NCBI GenBank assembly: GCA_950097015.1
Contig: CATNEN010000001.1
Location: forward strand, 124,001 to 188,000
Origin: Macrostomum hystrix
Lineage: Eukaryota; Animalia; Platyhelminthes
Reading direction: 5' to 3'
DNA length: 64,000 nt
Shown: positions 23,761 through 36,696 of the stretch, in pieces
Layout: each line of letters starts with the position of its first letter
Position numbering within the stretch: position 1 is the first letter of the stretch
Notes under the pieces: model-generated
What the model saw: the letters and a program-made list of their open reading frames with translations, nothing else
The model's database searches: none
Told to the model about the DNA's origin: nothing
Translations under genes and position numbers: made by a program

Positions 23761-23936
23761 GGATCTCCCGTTGCTGCTGGAGTGCAGGTGAGGGGGTTAA
23801 TTGCTGAACTAGTTTCCATAAACTACAAAACAGTTCTTTACTCTCTTAATGCTGTTATTTCTAAACAACAGTAGGTATATTAGTCGTTTGTTAAACTATG
23901 CTTTAGCTGGATTTCAGAAACACAATCCTGACAGAT

Positions 23937-25484
23937 AAAATGAGAGACACAATGATATGAAATGAGAGACACAATGACATGAAATGAGAGACACAATGAC
24001 ATGAAATGAGAGACACAATGACATGAAATGAGAGACACAATGACATGAAATGAGAGACACAATGACATGAAATGAGAGACACAATGACATGAAATGAGAG
24101 ACACAATGACATGAAATGAGAGACACAATGACATGAAATGAGAGACACAATGACATGAAATGAGAGACACAATGACATGAAATGAGAGACACAATGACAT
24201 GAAATGAGAGACACAATGACATGAAATGAGAGACACAATGACATGAAATGAGAGACACAATGACATGAAATGAGAGACACAATGACATGAAATGAGAGAC
24301 ACAATGACATGAAATGAGAGACACAATGACATGAAATGAGAGACACAATGACATGAAATGAGAGACACAATGACATGAAATGAGAGACACAATGACATGA
24401 AATGAGAGACACAATGACATGAAATGAGAGACACAATGACATGAAATGAGAGACACAATGACATGAAATGAGAGACACAATGATATGAAATGAGAGACAC
24501 AATGACATGAAATGAGAGACACAATGACATGAAATGAGAGACACAATGACATGAAATGAGAGACACAATGACATGAAATGAGAGACACAATGACATGAAA
24601 TGAGAGACACAATGACATGAAATGAGAGACACAATGACATGAAATGAGAGACACAATGACATGAAATGAGAGACACAATGACATGAAATGAGAGACACAA
24701 TGACATGAAATGAGAGACACAATGACATGAAATGAGAGACACAATGACATGAAATGAGAGACACAATGACATGAAATGAGAGACACAATGACATGAAATG
24801 AGAGACACAATGACATGAAATGAGAGACACAATGACATGAAATGAGAGACACAATGACATGAAATGAGAGACAGAATGACATGAAATGAGAGACACAATG
24901 ACATGAAATGAGAGACACAATGACATGAAATGAGAGACACAATGACATGAAATGAAAGACACAATGACATGAAATGAGAGACACAATGACATGAAATGAG
25001 AGACACAATGATATGAAATGAGAGACACAATGACATGAAATGAGAGACACAATGACATGAAATGAGAGACACAATGACATGAAATGAGAGACACAATGAC
25101 ATGAAATGAGAGACACAATGATATGAAATGAGAGACACAATGACATGAAATGAAAGACACAATGACATGAAATGAGAGACACAATGACATGAAATGAGAG
25201 ACAGAATGACATGAAATGAGAGACAGAATGACATGAAATGAGAGACAGAATGACATGAAATGAGAGACACAATGACATGAAATGAGAGACACAATGACAT
25301 GAAATGAGAGACACAATGACATGAAATGAGAGACACAATGACATGAAATGAGAGACACAATGACATGAAATGAGAGACACAATGACATGAAATGAGAGAC
25401 ACAATGACATGAAATGAGAGACACAATGACATGAAATGAGAGACACAATGACATGAAATGAGAGACACAATGACATGAAATGAG
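23937..25484. repeat. Highly homogeneous 22-bp minisatellite AAATGAGAGACACAATGACATG (~70 copies)
   Basis: Period 22; it produces the spurious minus-strand ORFs at 23880-25547. Confidence 0.98.
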
Positions 25485-26065
25485 GCCCAATTTAGTCTCC
25501 AAAGTTTGCACCTGAGCTAATTTTGCAATATTTCTTCGCGAATACATTAAAAGTCCATCTTCAAGACCTCACAGAAAGTCTAATCTTAGTATTTTAGAAA
25601 ATTATTCGTCAAGCAATGGCCCTCTCACCCAAATACACCCAAAGCAATTCGCACAGAACAATGGACAGCAACAATGAACCCACAGCCGAAACAGTTTTGC
25701 AGCAATAAAATATTCAATGGCGAGTTTGAGCAGGCTAACTCATGCTTTGTCTTCGTCTCAAACTCAACTCGAGTCTTCTCTGTGCAGATTGAAGCAAGCC
25801 CCTCAACCTGTGTGCTCAAAGTGAGCAGTGTTTAATCTCTCATGTGGCATTGAAACTGTAGCGAATGGAAGCTGAGAATGGGTTGGACAAAGTACTTTTG
25901 TCACCGACTCAAACTCATCTCAGATGCTTTAGTAGGCCATGCAGACCTGTCTCCGTATGGACTCAGTGTTCATGTACTTTAATCAGCTCATAGGGTGTTT
26001 GAGTAGCACAAACTGGAGCACACAGTCGCAATGCAGTGTAGAATGTATGCTCAGCCCATGCTTCT

Positions 26066-26089
26066 GTTGCTAGGCAACAAATAAACAAA
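26066..26089. promoter_or_regulatory. RFX X-box (GTTGCTAGGCAAC) plus forkhead-type site (AAATAAACAAA), second module
   Basis: Motif pair conserved within a diverged duplicate of the 23470-23790 module. Confidence 0.55.
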
Positions 26090-26177
26090 TTCGCACCGAT
26101 TCAAAGTTTCTGTGGAGTATCCGTTTTCTCTTCATTCACAGCCAACTGAATCATTTTTTAAACTGCTGAAGCCTCTG

Positions 26178-26347
26178 AGTCTCTCCGTTGCTAGGCGAGT
26201 CTCTCCGTTGCTAGGCGAGTCTCTCCGTTGCTAGGCGAGTCTCTCCGTTGCTAGGCGAGTCTCTCCGTTGCTAGGCGAGTCTCTCCGTTGCTAGGCGAGT
26301 CTCTCCGTTGCTAGGCGAGTCTTTCCGTTGCTAGGCGAGTCTCTCCG
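26178..26347. repeat. 20-bp tandem repeat CTCTCCGTTGCTAGGCGAGT (X-box-like), ~8 copies
   Basis: Tandem periodicity. Confidence 0.93.
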
Positions 26348-27026
26348 GATCGCCCATTGCTGGCAGTGTCCAGAGGACTCAAAGGTAAGTAAATTAAACT
26401 TTTTAGTTCAACAGCTTCCGAATTTTGTGCGCACATCCAAGATCTTTAATCATAGTTTAAAGTCCGCATACTTTAAGTTACTTGTAGCGTCTTTTCCATT
26501 TGCCAATAGCTACTTCACCAGCTGTTACAGTATTTAGGACAAAATATGTATTTATATGGGCTGGCCTGGCGGTGCAATCAGAGTGGAAAAAGTTGTCTTT
26601 TACAATTCCGTTTTCAGGCAGCTATTTGCTACTTTCTACTGTAAGTAGTGCTGATTAGGCATGCTTTTAGGTTACCATTTCTTAGGTATTATACTTTTCA
26701 TATGGAATCAAGTGCTACTTTTAGGATAAAACTCACTGTTATTTCCGATACTCACTACTGTAATAATTTGACAAAGAAGTATCCTAGTCGAAGAAGATAA
26801 TTTGCCCAGGAAGGATAATTTAAACCAAGGGCTTTAGACAAAGGGGACACTTTCTCAAATGAGGATATATCGATTAAGGGACTTTTTGCCACGGAAAACA
26901 GATAAGTATGTACCAAGAGACAAATAATGAAAATCAGGAACAATATACCACATTTAAATTTAACACACCAATTTTAAACTATTTGACACGGGCGAATAAA
27001 TTAATGAAAGAAGTAAAACCCAGCTG

Positions 27027-27641
27027 TTATACTTGCAGTAGTACTGTAGTGATATTATACTCGCAGTAGTACTGTAGTGATATCATACTTGCAGTAGTAC
27101 TGTAGTGATATTATACTTGCAGTTGTACTGTAGTGATATTATACTTGCAGTAGTACTGTAGTGATATTATACTTGCAGTAGTACTGTAGTGATATTATAC
27201 TTGCAGTTGTACTGTAGTGATATTATACTTGCAGTAGTACTGTAGTGATATCATACTTGCAGTAGTACTGTAGTGATATTATAATTGCAGTAGTACTGTA
27301 GTGATATCATACTTGCAGTAGTACTGTAGTGATATTGTACTTGCAGTAGTACTGTAGTGATATTGTACTTGCAGTAGTGCTGTAGTGATATCATACTTGC
27401 AGTAGTACTGTAGTGATATTATACTTGCAGTAGTACTGTAGTGATATTGTACTTGCAGTAGTACTGTAGTGATATTATACTTGCAGTAGTACTGTAGTGA
27501 TATTATACTTGCAGTAGTACTGTAGTGATATTATACTTGCAGTAGTACTGTAGTGATATTGTACTTGCAGTAGTACTGTAGTGATATTATACTTGCAGTA
27601 GTACTGTAGTGATATTATACTTGCAGTAGTACTGTAGTGAT
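27027..27641. repeat. 28-bp minisatellite TTGCAGTAGTACTGTAGTGATATTATAC (~22 copies)
   Basis: Period 28; internal CAGTA-G-TACTG quasi-palindrome. Confidence 0.96.
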
Positions 27642-27795
27642 AATTTGCTTGCATCATTGCTGCAGTATGAAGGGATTATTGAGGCAAAAAGAGAGTAGAA
27701 AGAATATGTTGGCGTTTAATTAGACTATTTTTTACATCATATTTTCTTATTCAGTTTCGGCAGCCTTCGAACTGCTCACTCACTGACAGCCTCTG

Positions 27796-27880
27796 AGTCT
27801 CACCGTTGCTAGGCGAGTCTCACCGTTGCTAGGCGAGTCTCCCCCGTTGCCAGGGAAGTGTCTCCGTTGCTAGGCGAGTC
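27796..27880. repeat. Degenerate 20-bp X-box-like repeat (~4 copies)
   Basis: GAGTCTCACCGTTGCTAGGC variants. Confidence 0.85.
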
Positions 27881-28309
27881 TCAGCAAGTCGCTCACCACT
27901 GCTGTTGCAGCTGCGGCTGCATCGTGGACTCATCGGTGAGTGTTCTTGGGATTGTAGTTTGCAATTGACTGGAAAAGTACAATTTGCATACTGGCGTTTG
28001 CTGACTCTGACCATAGACACAAATAGGAAATAAAGTGCGAATTTACTGATTGGACGGGTTTGAAGCTTCTTGCTGAAATTCGCTGGTGGAATTTCGCTTA
28101 AGAACTTTGTGTTCTTAAGAATATTGGTAAGAATATTGGCGATAAATCTTCGTTCGTGAGTAGCATTTTACAGGAAATAATTTGCCTATTGAGAGGATAA
28201 TTTGACAATTAAGGGGGGGCATTTTTTAATTAAGTGCGACAAGCTGCTTATTGAGAAGATATATTTGTTGATTAAGGGGATGACTTGGGGATTAAGGAAA
28301 TCATTTAGG

Positions 28310-29565
28310 GATTTGTGGGGTTAATTTGTGGATTGAGGGGATAAATATAGGATATAGGGGATAATCTGTGGATTGAGGGGATAATCTGTGGATTCATGGG
28401 ATAATCTGTGGATTGAGATTGTAATCTGTGGATTGAGGGGATAATCTGTGGATTTAGGGGATAATCTGTTGATTGAGGGGATAATCTGTATATTGAGGTT
28501 ATAACCTGTGGATTGAGATTACATTCTGTGGATTGAGGGGATAATCAGTTGAGTGAGGGGATAATCTGCGGATTGAGGGGATAATCTGTCGATTTAGGGG
28601 ATGATCTGTTGATTGAGGGGATAATATTTGGATTGAGGGGATAATCTGTTGATTGAGGGGAGAATCTGGGGATTAAGGGGATAATTTGTGGATTGAGAAG
28701 ATAATCTGTGGATTGAGAGGATAATCTGTGGATTGAGGGGATAAGCAGTGGATTGAGGGGATAATCTTTCGATTGAGGGGATAATCTGTGGATTGAGGTT
28801 ATAATCTGTGGATTGAGGGGATAATCTGTTGATTGAGAGGATTATCTGTGGATTGAGGTGATAATCTGTGGATTGAGGGGATAATCTGTGGATTGAGATT
28901 ATAATCTGTGGATAGAGGGGATAATCAGTTGAGTGAGGGGATAATCTGTGGATTGAGGTTATAATCTGTGGATTGAGGGGATAATCAGTTGAGTGGGGGG
29001 ATAATCTGTGGATTGAGGGGATAATCTGTGGATTGAGAGGATAATCAGTGGATTGAGGTGATAATCTGTTGATTGAGGGGATAGTTTGTTGATTGAGGGG
29101 ATAATCTGTAGATTGGGGGGATAAGCAGTGGATTGAGGGGATAATCTTTGGATTGAGGGGATAATCTGCTGATTGAGGGGATAATCTGTGGATTGGGGGG
29201 AAAATCTTTGGATTGAGGGGATAATCTGTTGATTGAGGGGATAATCTTTGGATTGAGGTGATAATCTGTGGATTGAGGGGATAATCTGTGGATTGAGGTT
29301 ATAATCTGTGGATTGAGGGGATAATCAGTTGAGTGAGGGGATAATCTGTGGATTGAGGTTATAATCTGTGGATTGAGGGGATAATCAGTTGAGTGAGGGG
29401 ATAATCTGTGGATTGAGTGGATAATCTGTGGATTGAGGGGATAATCTGTTGATTGAGGGGATAATCAGTTCAGTGAGGGGATAATCTGTGGATTGAGTGG
29501 ATAATCTGTGGATTGAGGGGATAATCTGTTGATTGAGGGGATAATCTTTGGATTGAGGGGATAAT
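28310..29565. repeat. 20-bp minisatellite GATTGAGGGGATAATCTGTG
   Basis: Period 20. Confidence 0.96.
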
Positions 29566-30171
29566 ATTTCTGTTAATTCGACGAGAGGAATCAGTTGCTA
29601 ACTGAGGGTGGTGTCGACAATAAGATGCTTGTTTAATAAGCAGTATTTTCCGGTTCTATAATTTTAGAGCTGAGTTTAGAACCTGTATCAAGGCCATAGA
29701 CAACGAGGATTAAAACTAATGATTTGAGTGGAAACTGAAATGAATGTGGGAAGGGGATGAAATGTGGGTTTTAGTTTGCTAGTGACCTGTTTCTGGCCAA
29801 GCCCAAGTGTCTGATCTCTAATGACTTGAGGCCAAAGGTTTTAAGGAAGTCTTAGATATAAAACTGGTTCAGGAAAGGGTCGCTGATACTGCGAATCAGC
29901 AGTGCATGGCGAATTATATTGTCTGTATATGAAGTACATTGGATTGGAGTCAAGTTGCTGTATGCAGTGAGGGAGACAGACTGAGATGAAGCAAGGAAGA
30001 TGGGAAACAGACATAAATAGACAGTAGAAAAGAAATGGGATTAGAGAGGGAAAAAGAGGAATAGAGAAGGGAATAAGGAGGGAATATGGGAGTCGAGACG
30101 GGTACCAGTCAAGACTATTCAATTCCAACTTATTTTCCACAGCAGATAACTGACTACCAATGAGTGTCTCT

Positions 30172-30184
30172 GTTGCTAGGCAAC
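30172..30184. promoter_or_regulatory. RFX X-box GTTGCTAGGCAAC ~1 kb upstream of TRP copy 2
   Basis: Third exact occurrence of the 13-mer. Confidence 0.45.
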
Positions 30185-30324
30185 TTTGCGTACTTGTAGT
30201 TGCTAACTTTGTCGACAGTAACCCAATAGGAGATAATTTCACTTGCGAACTCTGTGTTTACAGTTCAGGCGAAAATTCTTTGTTTGGTTGTACAGTTGCC
30301 GACTGAGGCAAATATTTTGAGAAC

Positions 30325-30702
30325 TGAGGGGATAATTTGGGGATTTAGAGTGATAATTTGCGGATTTAGAGGATAATTTGCGGATTTAGGGGATAATTTG
30401 CGGATTTAGAGGATAATTTGCGGATTTAGGGGATAATTTGCGTATTTAGGGGATAATTCGAGGATTTAGGGGATAATTCGAGGATTTAGGGGATAATTCG
30501 AGGATTTAGGGGATAACTCGTGGATTCTGGGGATATTTCGCGGATTCAGGGGATAATTTGCGGATTTAGAGGATAATTTGCGGATTTAGGGGATGACTCG
30601 CGGATTTAGATTATAATTTGCGGATTTAGGGGATAATTCGAGGATTTAGGGGATAATTTGCGGATTTAGGGTATCATTCGAGGATTTAGGGGATAATTTG
30701 CC
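30325..30702. repeat. 20-bp minisatellite CGGATTTAGGGGATAATTTG (related to 28310-29565)
   Basis: Period 20, shared GGGGATAAT core. Confidence 0.95.
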
Positions 30703-31144
30703 TATGGTTTGATAATATGGAACCTTTTATCAGTTTTTATGTTTAAGGGATAAAGGGTACAATACGCAAAGCTTCAGTCTCAAAAACATTTTACAGTTTT
30801 TCTGTCCTGTTGTTGTTATGATGGGGTGCTCTAAATATTTCTATTGTTAGCTATTTCATTACTATTCAATCACTATTCCATTTGCTGTTGCTAAGGCTAA
30901 AAGACAATAAACAGAAAAAAGTCATTCTTTGTGCCACTCAGCAACATTGTGTCTAAGCATCAAGCAATCATTATTGTTTCAGAGAATTCTTTACCTGAAC
31001 ACTTTGTAATGTTTTTATATCTGTATTTTTTTATTTTTTAAGGCATGATTATTCAGTGACATAATATACGAGCGTACATAACGCTTGGCATATTAAAGTT
31101 TCAGAGTTGCTAAGCAGGCCACCGAGTCGAATCTTCACCAAAAA

Positions 31145-34100
31145 ATGGATCTATCAGTCTCATATATCGACAAACAGCGGAACTTCGCTGCACAGACAGA
31201 AGCTGACGAAAGCAGTCTTCGCAATGACCTTCTTCGAGCCATAGACAAAAGCGACTCCGAGGAGTTAAGCAGAGTGTCGGACAGAATCAGAAGAGGACTT
31301 CAAGACGATGAGGATGCAGAAGTGAAAGCGCTACTGCTGCAGTCAGCCGAAAAGCCAGAGCTAAAGCTGCTGAAATTCTTGACTGAAAGACACGCCGACT
31401 CATGCGTGCAGGTGCGAAGTTCATCAGCAAACAACATGCTGCACTTTGTGTGCGGATGCCACAACTCAGATTCAGCAACTGCAGCCTTGGAGCTGATCTA
31501 CGACAAAGTGGGCAAAAAGCTGGTCAAGAAGGTCAACAACTCGAAGCACCTGCCTGTACACATCGCAGCTAAAAACAGCAAGAATCCTGCAGTGTTTCTC
31601 TGGCTCATTTCCACCGTCGAGGAAAAGAATCTGTTTTTCGTTCAAGACGATTATGGCCAAACTGCTGTTAGCATCGCATTTCTTAAGCAGAATTTGGACA
31701 CTCTTAAACAAGTGACTGAGAAGCTTGGTCTGGCGGAGTGCCTGGCAGCAAAAACTGCCAAAAATGAAAATATTTGCCTTCTAGCCGCCACATTAAATGC
31801 AGCCAATCCTGCAGTGTTTCTCTGGCTCATTTCCACCGTCGAGGAAAAGAATCTGTTTTTCGTTCAAGACGATTATGGCCAAACTGCTGTTAGCATCGCA
31901 TTTGAGAAGCAGAATTTGGACACTCTTAAACAAGTGACTGAGAAGCTTGGTCTGGCGGAGTGCCTGGCAGCAAAAACTGCCAAAAATGAAAATATTTGCC
32001 TTCTAGCCGCCACATTAAATGCAGCCAATCCTGCAGTGTTTCTCTGGCTCATTTCCACCGTCGAGGACAAGAATCTGTTTTTCGTTCAAGACGACGACGG
32101 CTACAGTGCTGTTAGCATCGCATTTGAGAAGCAGAACTTGGACACACTCAAACAAGTGACTGAGAAGCTTGGTCTGGCGGAGTGCCTGGCGGCAAAAACT
32201 GCCAAAAATGAAAATATTTGCCTTCGAGCCGCATTTAATACAGACAATCCTGCAGTGTTTCTCTGGCTCATTTTCATCGTCGAGGACAAGAAACTCTTCT
32301 TTGAAAAGGATGATTATGGAGCTGCTGCTGTATCCTTTGCCTTTCATCGACAAGGCTTGAACACAGTGAAGTTTTTGACAGACCGTTTTGGACTCAGCGA
32401 GTGTTTGAGCTGCATTGACAATCTAAATCGGGATTTGTTTTATCATTCCATTCTGAACAGCGCGAACCCGGGAGTATTTCCCTGGCTTCTCGAGCAGGTC
32501 TCCCAGCAATGTCCAGACAAGAAGTCCAGAATTTTCGAGTTGGATTCCAACGGCAACACTCTGCTTCATGCACTGTTTAGGAAGGTTGATTTGTTCGGCG
32601 ATGTTGATGCGCTTGCAGTGCTGATCGGTCGCATCGACTTTCTTTTTGAAAATGAAGTTGATCCAAGAAAAGAAAACAAATTCAGACTCAACTGTCTGCT
32701 TGCCGCTGAATCCAGTGCTGACAATCTCAATCGTCTTTTGCGAGCTCTTCAAAGATCAGCGCATTTGGAAATCTTCAGAAATCTGCAAAGAAACTCAGAG
32801 GGCCTTCACGCAGCTCATGTCTTCTGCACTCGCTACGAGCTCCGAGTTATCGAGAACGATTTGAGCAAGCTGTGCGGTCTCAGTCCTGACGAGCTCCTTG
32901 CAGTCCGAGTTTCTGACGGACCGCTGAAGGATGCAACTTGTCTGCACTTTGCCTGCGAATCCGGTCACAAGTTGAACATCGAATACCTTCTAAAGAAAGG
33001 ACAGAAACTGGAAGATGAGACAGACGCCGGGCAGACGAGTGTCGACTTTGCCTGCAACAAGGCGAAGCTCGAGGATGTTTTGGATGTTGCAGAGAAGTCA
33101 GTTGGTCTCAGAAAACTGCTCAAGCTGGTTGATCCGACGAAGCGAGCTCTGAACCTTCCGGACGTTCAGAGCGCCCGAAGTCACCTGACTCGATTCAGCG
33201 ACTCATCGCTCAAGGCCAGCATTGAAGATGATAAATCCAGACGACAGACGAGAGGCGAGGAAGCCGGTGTGATGAAAAATGAGATTCATGTCGGACACGG
33301 AGTGAAAATGCTGTTCAGAGCATTCGAGCTCGACTCAAGTGAGATGCTCCGCAGCTTGATCAGTTTGGGCTTCGCCATCGATGAGATCGATGACCAGTTC
33401 TCCAGGCATGTCTCAAAGCAAATTGGCAATGGGCGGGAAAGCAGTAAGTCTCCTACAATAGCCAAGCTTCAAAAGTACTTCTCCTCAGAAGAAAGAGATT
33501 CTGAAGCTCTCATTCTGATGGAGTACGCAGTGCTGCTCGAGAAGCCGAAGCTGCTCAATGACCTGATGCTTCTGCCACAGTTTGACATCATCCCACAGAC
33601 TTTGAGGCTGCTGGTTTATCTCAAGCCCAGAGTGAAGTCGAGCAATGTTGAGAATCTGACAAAGGTGCAAGCTCTAGCTTTGAACATTGTCATCAATGTT
33701 CTGGAGCACCTCTACGTGAATGCTGCCGCTCTACGTGAAGAGCGGAATTTTTTTTTCGACTACCTGACTGGCTCATTTATGGTGTCAGACGGGCATTCTC
33801 AGGTTCAAGGTCCGAGGTTCCCGCCACCATTGGATTATCTTAACAGACCAATTTCAAACGAAAAAGTGAGAAAAGATGCGAAGACACCAAAAAAGCCATC
33901 AGAAAATAAGTCTGCAGCTGCAGTGATGTCAGTGATGGAGCTGGTGCGGACCCTGGACTGTGACGATGTGTTTGCCACTGACTGCATCAGCCAGTTGGTG
34001 GATCGGCAGTGGAACGAGGCTCCACCGCTGCCCTGGAGCAGTCCTGCACGCTGCTGCTCATGCAACATACCGCAAAAGGTGACAATTAAACAGCGGTTCA

Positions 34101-35917
34101 TCATCCATCATGATTTTTTCCTGGTCTTTCTGCTCTACTTTGCCTGGTACGTGACGGATTTCAGTCGGACAAAGCAGTTTCCGATTCTAGACGTCGTCCT
34201 GTTGGCCTACGCGCTGTCCTTCACTCTGCAGGAAGTCAACGACTTGCTGAACAAGCTGTCTATGAAGGACATACGAAGGCACATGAGATGTCCTCGCTAC
34301 TTCACCGACTTCTCCAACTACTTTGACATGCTCGGCCTGCTGCTGATGTGGGCGGGGCTGGTCCTGAAGCTGCTTGGCCGGCTGAGCGACCCCAGCCTCA
34401 TGCGCAGCTCTCAGGTCGTCCTCAGCGTCTCGTTCCTGTTCCTGGGATTCCGCTCCGTGGCCCTGCTCAGGTACTTCAAGGTCACTGGGCCGAACATTAG
34501 TATGCTGAAGAGCTTGCTGTTCAAAGACCTGCTGCCATTCTTGATCATCATGCTGGTTCTGATCTTCTCATTTGGCATTTTCTTCTTCAACCTGCTGTTC
34601 CCGGCCTTCTCAGACCTGACAGACGTCCTGGCTCTCGTGAAGATTTTCACAACGCCCCTGGCGCTGGCCTTAAGCATCTTTGAGCTCTCGCTGTTCGAGT
34701 CGTGCAACTCCAGCAGTCTCGCGACCGGACAGACCTGTGCGGACAGTGGAGGCAACCAGGTGTACAGCCTATTCCTGATGTTCGTGTACGCCTTCCTAAT
34801 GAACATTGTGATGTTCAATATGCTGATCGCACTGTTCAACCGCACCGTGACAGCGATGGCCAGAAGGGAGGTTCTGTGGCGCAAGAATCGGTTCGAGCTG
34901 CTGGAGGAGTTCGCAGAGGTCAGTCCGGTTCCGCCGCCGCTGTCGTTCCCGCTCTACGCCTGGAAACTGCTGCGGAGGTGCCGCCCTTCGCACTGCCGAC
35001 CCTGCGCTGGCAAAGTCGGTCCTTCTGACGGCTCTGAGAGAAGCAAGGTAAGAGGCCTGGTGGACTGAAGGACTGACTCTGTTACTCACAGATGATAAAT
35101 GGTCTGAATATATAGCCATTAGATTCAGTCAGACAATGACCGAATCCAATTTTCGATTGAAAGAATTGATTGTGTGTACACGAATGCAAATGGCTTTGTA
35201 GCAAAGACATGCTCAGATTATAGTAAGCTGGGGCTGGTCATGAAACTCTTGAGGACTGATTAACAGTAGAAGCAAGGTGAGAGGCCTGGTGAGCACAGGT
35301 GAACTGAGGGGCTGACTATGTTTACTCATATAGGCACTAGATTCAGTCAGACGATGACCGAATCCAATTTAAATGGAAATAACAGGTTGTGTGCACATGA
35401 TTGCAAATAAGCTCATGTTTCAAGGCGCTCTTCCTCACGGCTTCCGTTCCAGCCGTGGTGGACGAACCGGAGCGACTTCAGCGGCTACCCCGAAGACTTC
35501 AAGCGCTTCCTGATCTTCCAGGCCGAGCAGCTCCGGCAGCAGCGGCCACAGCTGCAGCGGGCGGTCGAGCGGCACAAGGGGGACGTCGATGTGCTGAAGG
35601 CGCACGTGGAGAACCAGGTCAAGGACCTGCGGGAGGAACTGCGGGATAATATTCAGGATGTGCTCACCGCTCAGAGAGAGGACACTGAGAAAATCGAGAC
35701 CGATGTGAAGGGCGTCAAAGAAAGTGTTGGAAAGATGAACGCAGATGTTGGAAAGCTGAACGAGGGCGTCAACGAACTCAAAGAGCTGCAGCTCCGCCAA
35801 CGAAGACGAGCAAAGCGTCTAGACGATAAGATGACAGAAAATTCCGAGAACCTGCAGCAGCAAATGTCGCAGGTGATGAGCATTCTGCAGCAACTGCAGC
35901 AGCAGCGTCAGCAGTGA
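31145..35917 (+). CDS. Ankyrin-repeat TRP-superfamily cation channel (copy 2), ~1455 aa; exons 31145-35047 and 35453-35917
   Basis: Intact 1307-aa ORF with the same ankyrin/6-TM/TRP-box architecture as copy 1 but only 3 units of the 73/74-aa repeat (222, 222, 219 bp from 31583). Phase-0 intron AAG|GTAAGA at 35048 to TTCCAG|CCG at 35453, in frame with the coiled-coil exon. Confidence 0.92.
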
Positions 35918-36696
35918 CGATTCGACTTCAGCACACGCAGTTTGTAAGCTCTGAACAGTTCTAGACGAAACTGAAGTAAAAAATCAGTTCGTGCACATCA
36001 GTTTGTTTTAAATTGCAAAACAACTTTCTCTTTTCCAAAGCATCCTTGACTGCTTTCAGGCCTCCAAATCAATGCGGCGCGCCTTGAACTGGCAATTCTT
36101 CAGTTGCTGGGCTGCACAATCGCCTTGGATTTGTTTAAGAACTATTTTACCAACAGAAGATTTTCAATATCAAACTTTTAATTCAGCGAGATTTCGCTAC
36201 CACTGTTTTAACAGACAATTAATTACAATTACCATCATACTTAATTTAACTCAATTTAATTTAAAATAGAAGTTCTTGGAAGATAACTACTTGAACGAGC
36301 CGTATATCACAAAACTATATTTGCTTGCTTTTTACTCGATTTGTTCGGTATTTTAAACTATTCCATTTTTCGAACTTTGTTGAGGTACCTCTGTGCGTTG
36401 AATTCATAATTCAGAAACTGCCTTCAACATTGACAATGCTTTTGTGCCATCACGCTTCACTTTCTATAATTTTCTAGAGTCTTGAAATGCTTGCAGAATT
36501 TCTTGTGCTCACTGGCACCTCAGTGTGCTCAAGCCCCACTCTGAGCTCGTGTCCGCTTTTACTTGAGTACTTAACAAGCTTTCGTATATTTTCTGGTACT
36601 TTTTGGTGATGACAAAGAAACATTTCCTTGCTGGTGAAATTTACAGCTTCTCAAACTCGGGCAGATTGAGCACTGATTGACACTTTGATCGAGTAA

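Noticed and set aside
23880-25547. Three 520-555 aa minus-strand ORFs
   Set aside because: All three frames of a stop-free 22-bp minisatellite
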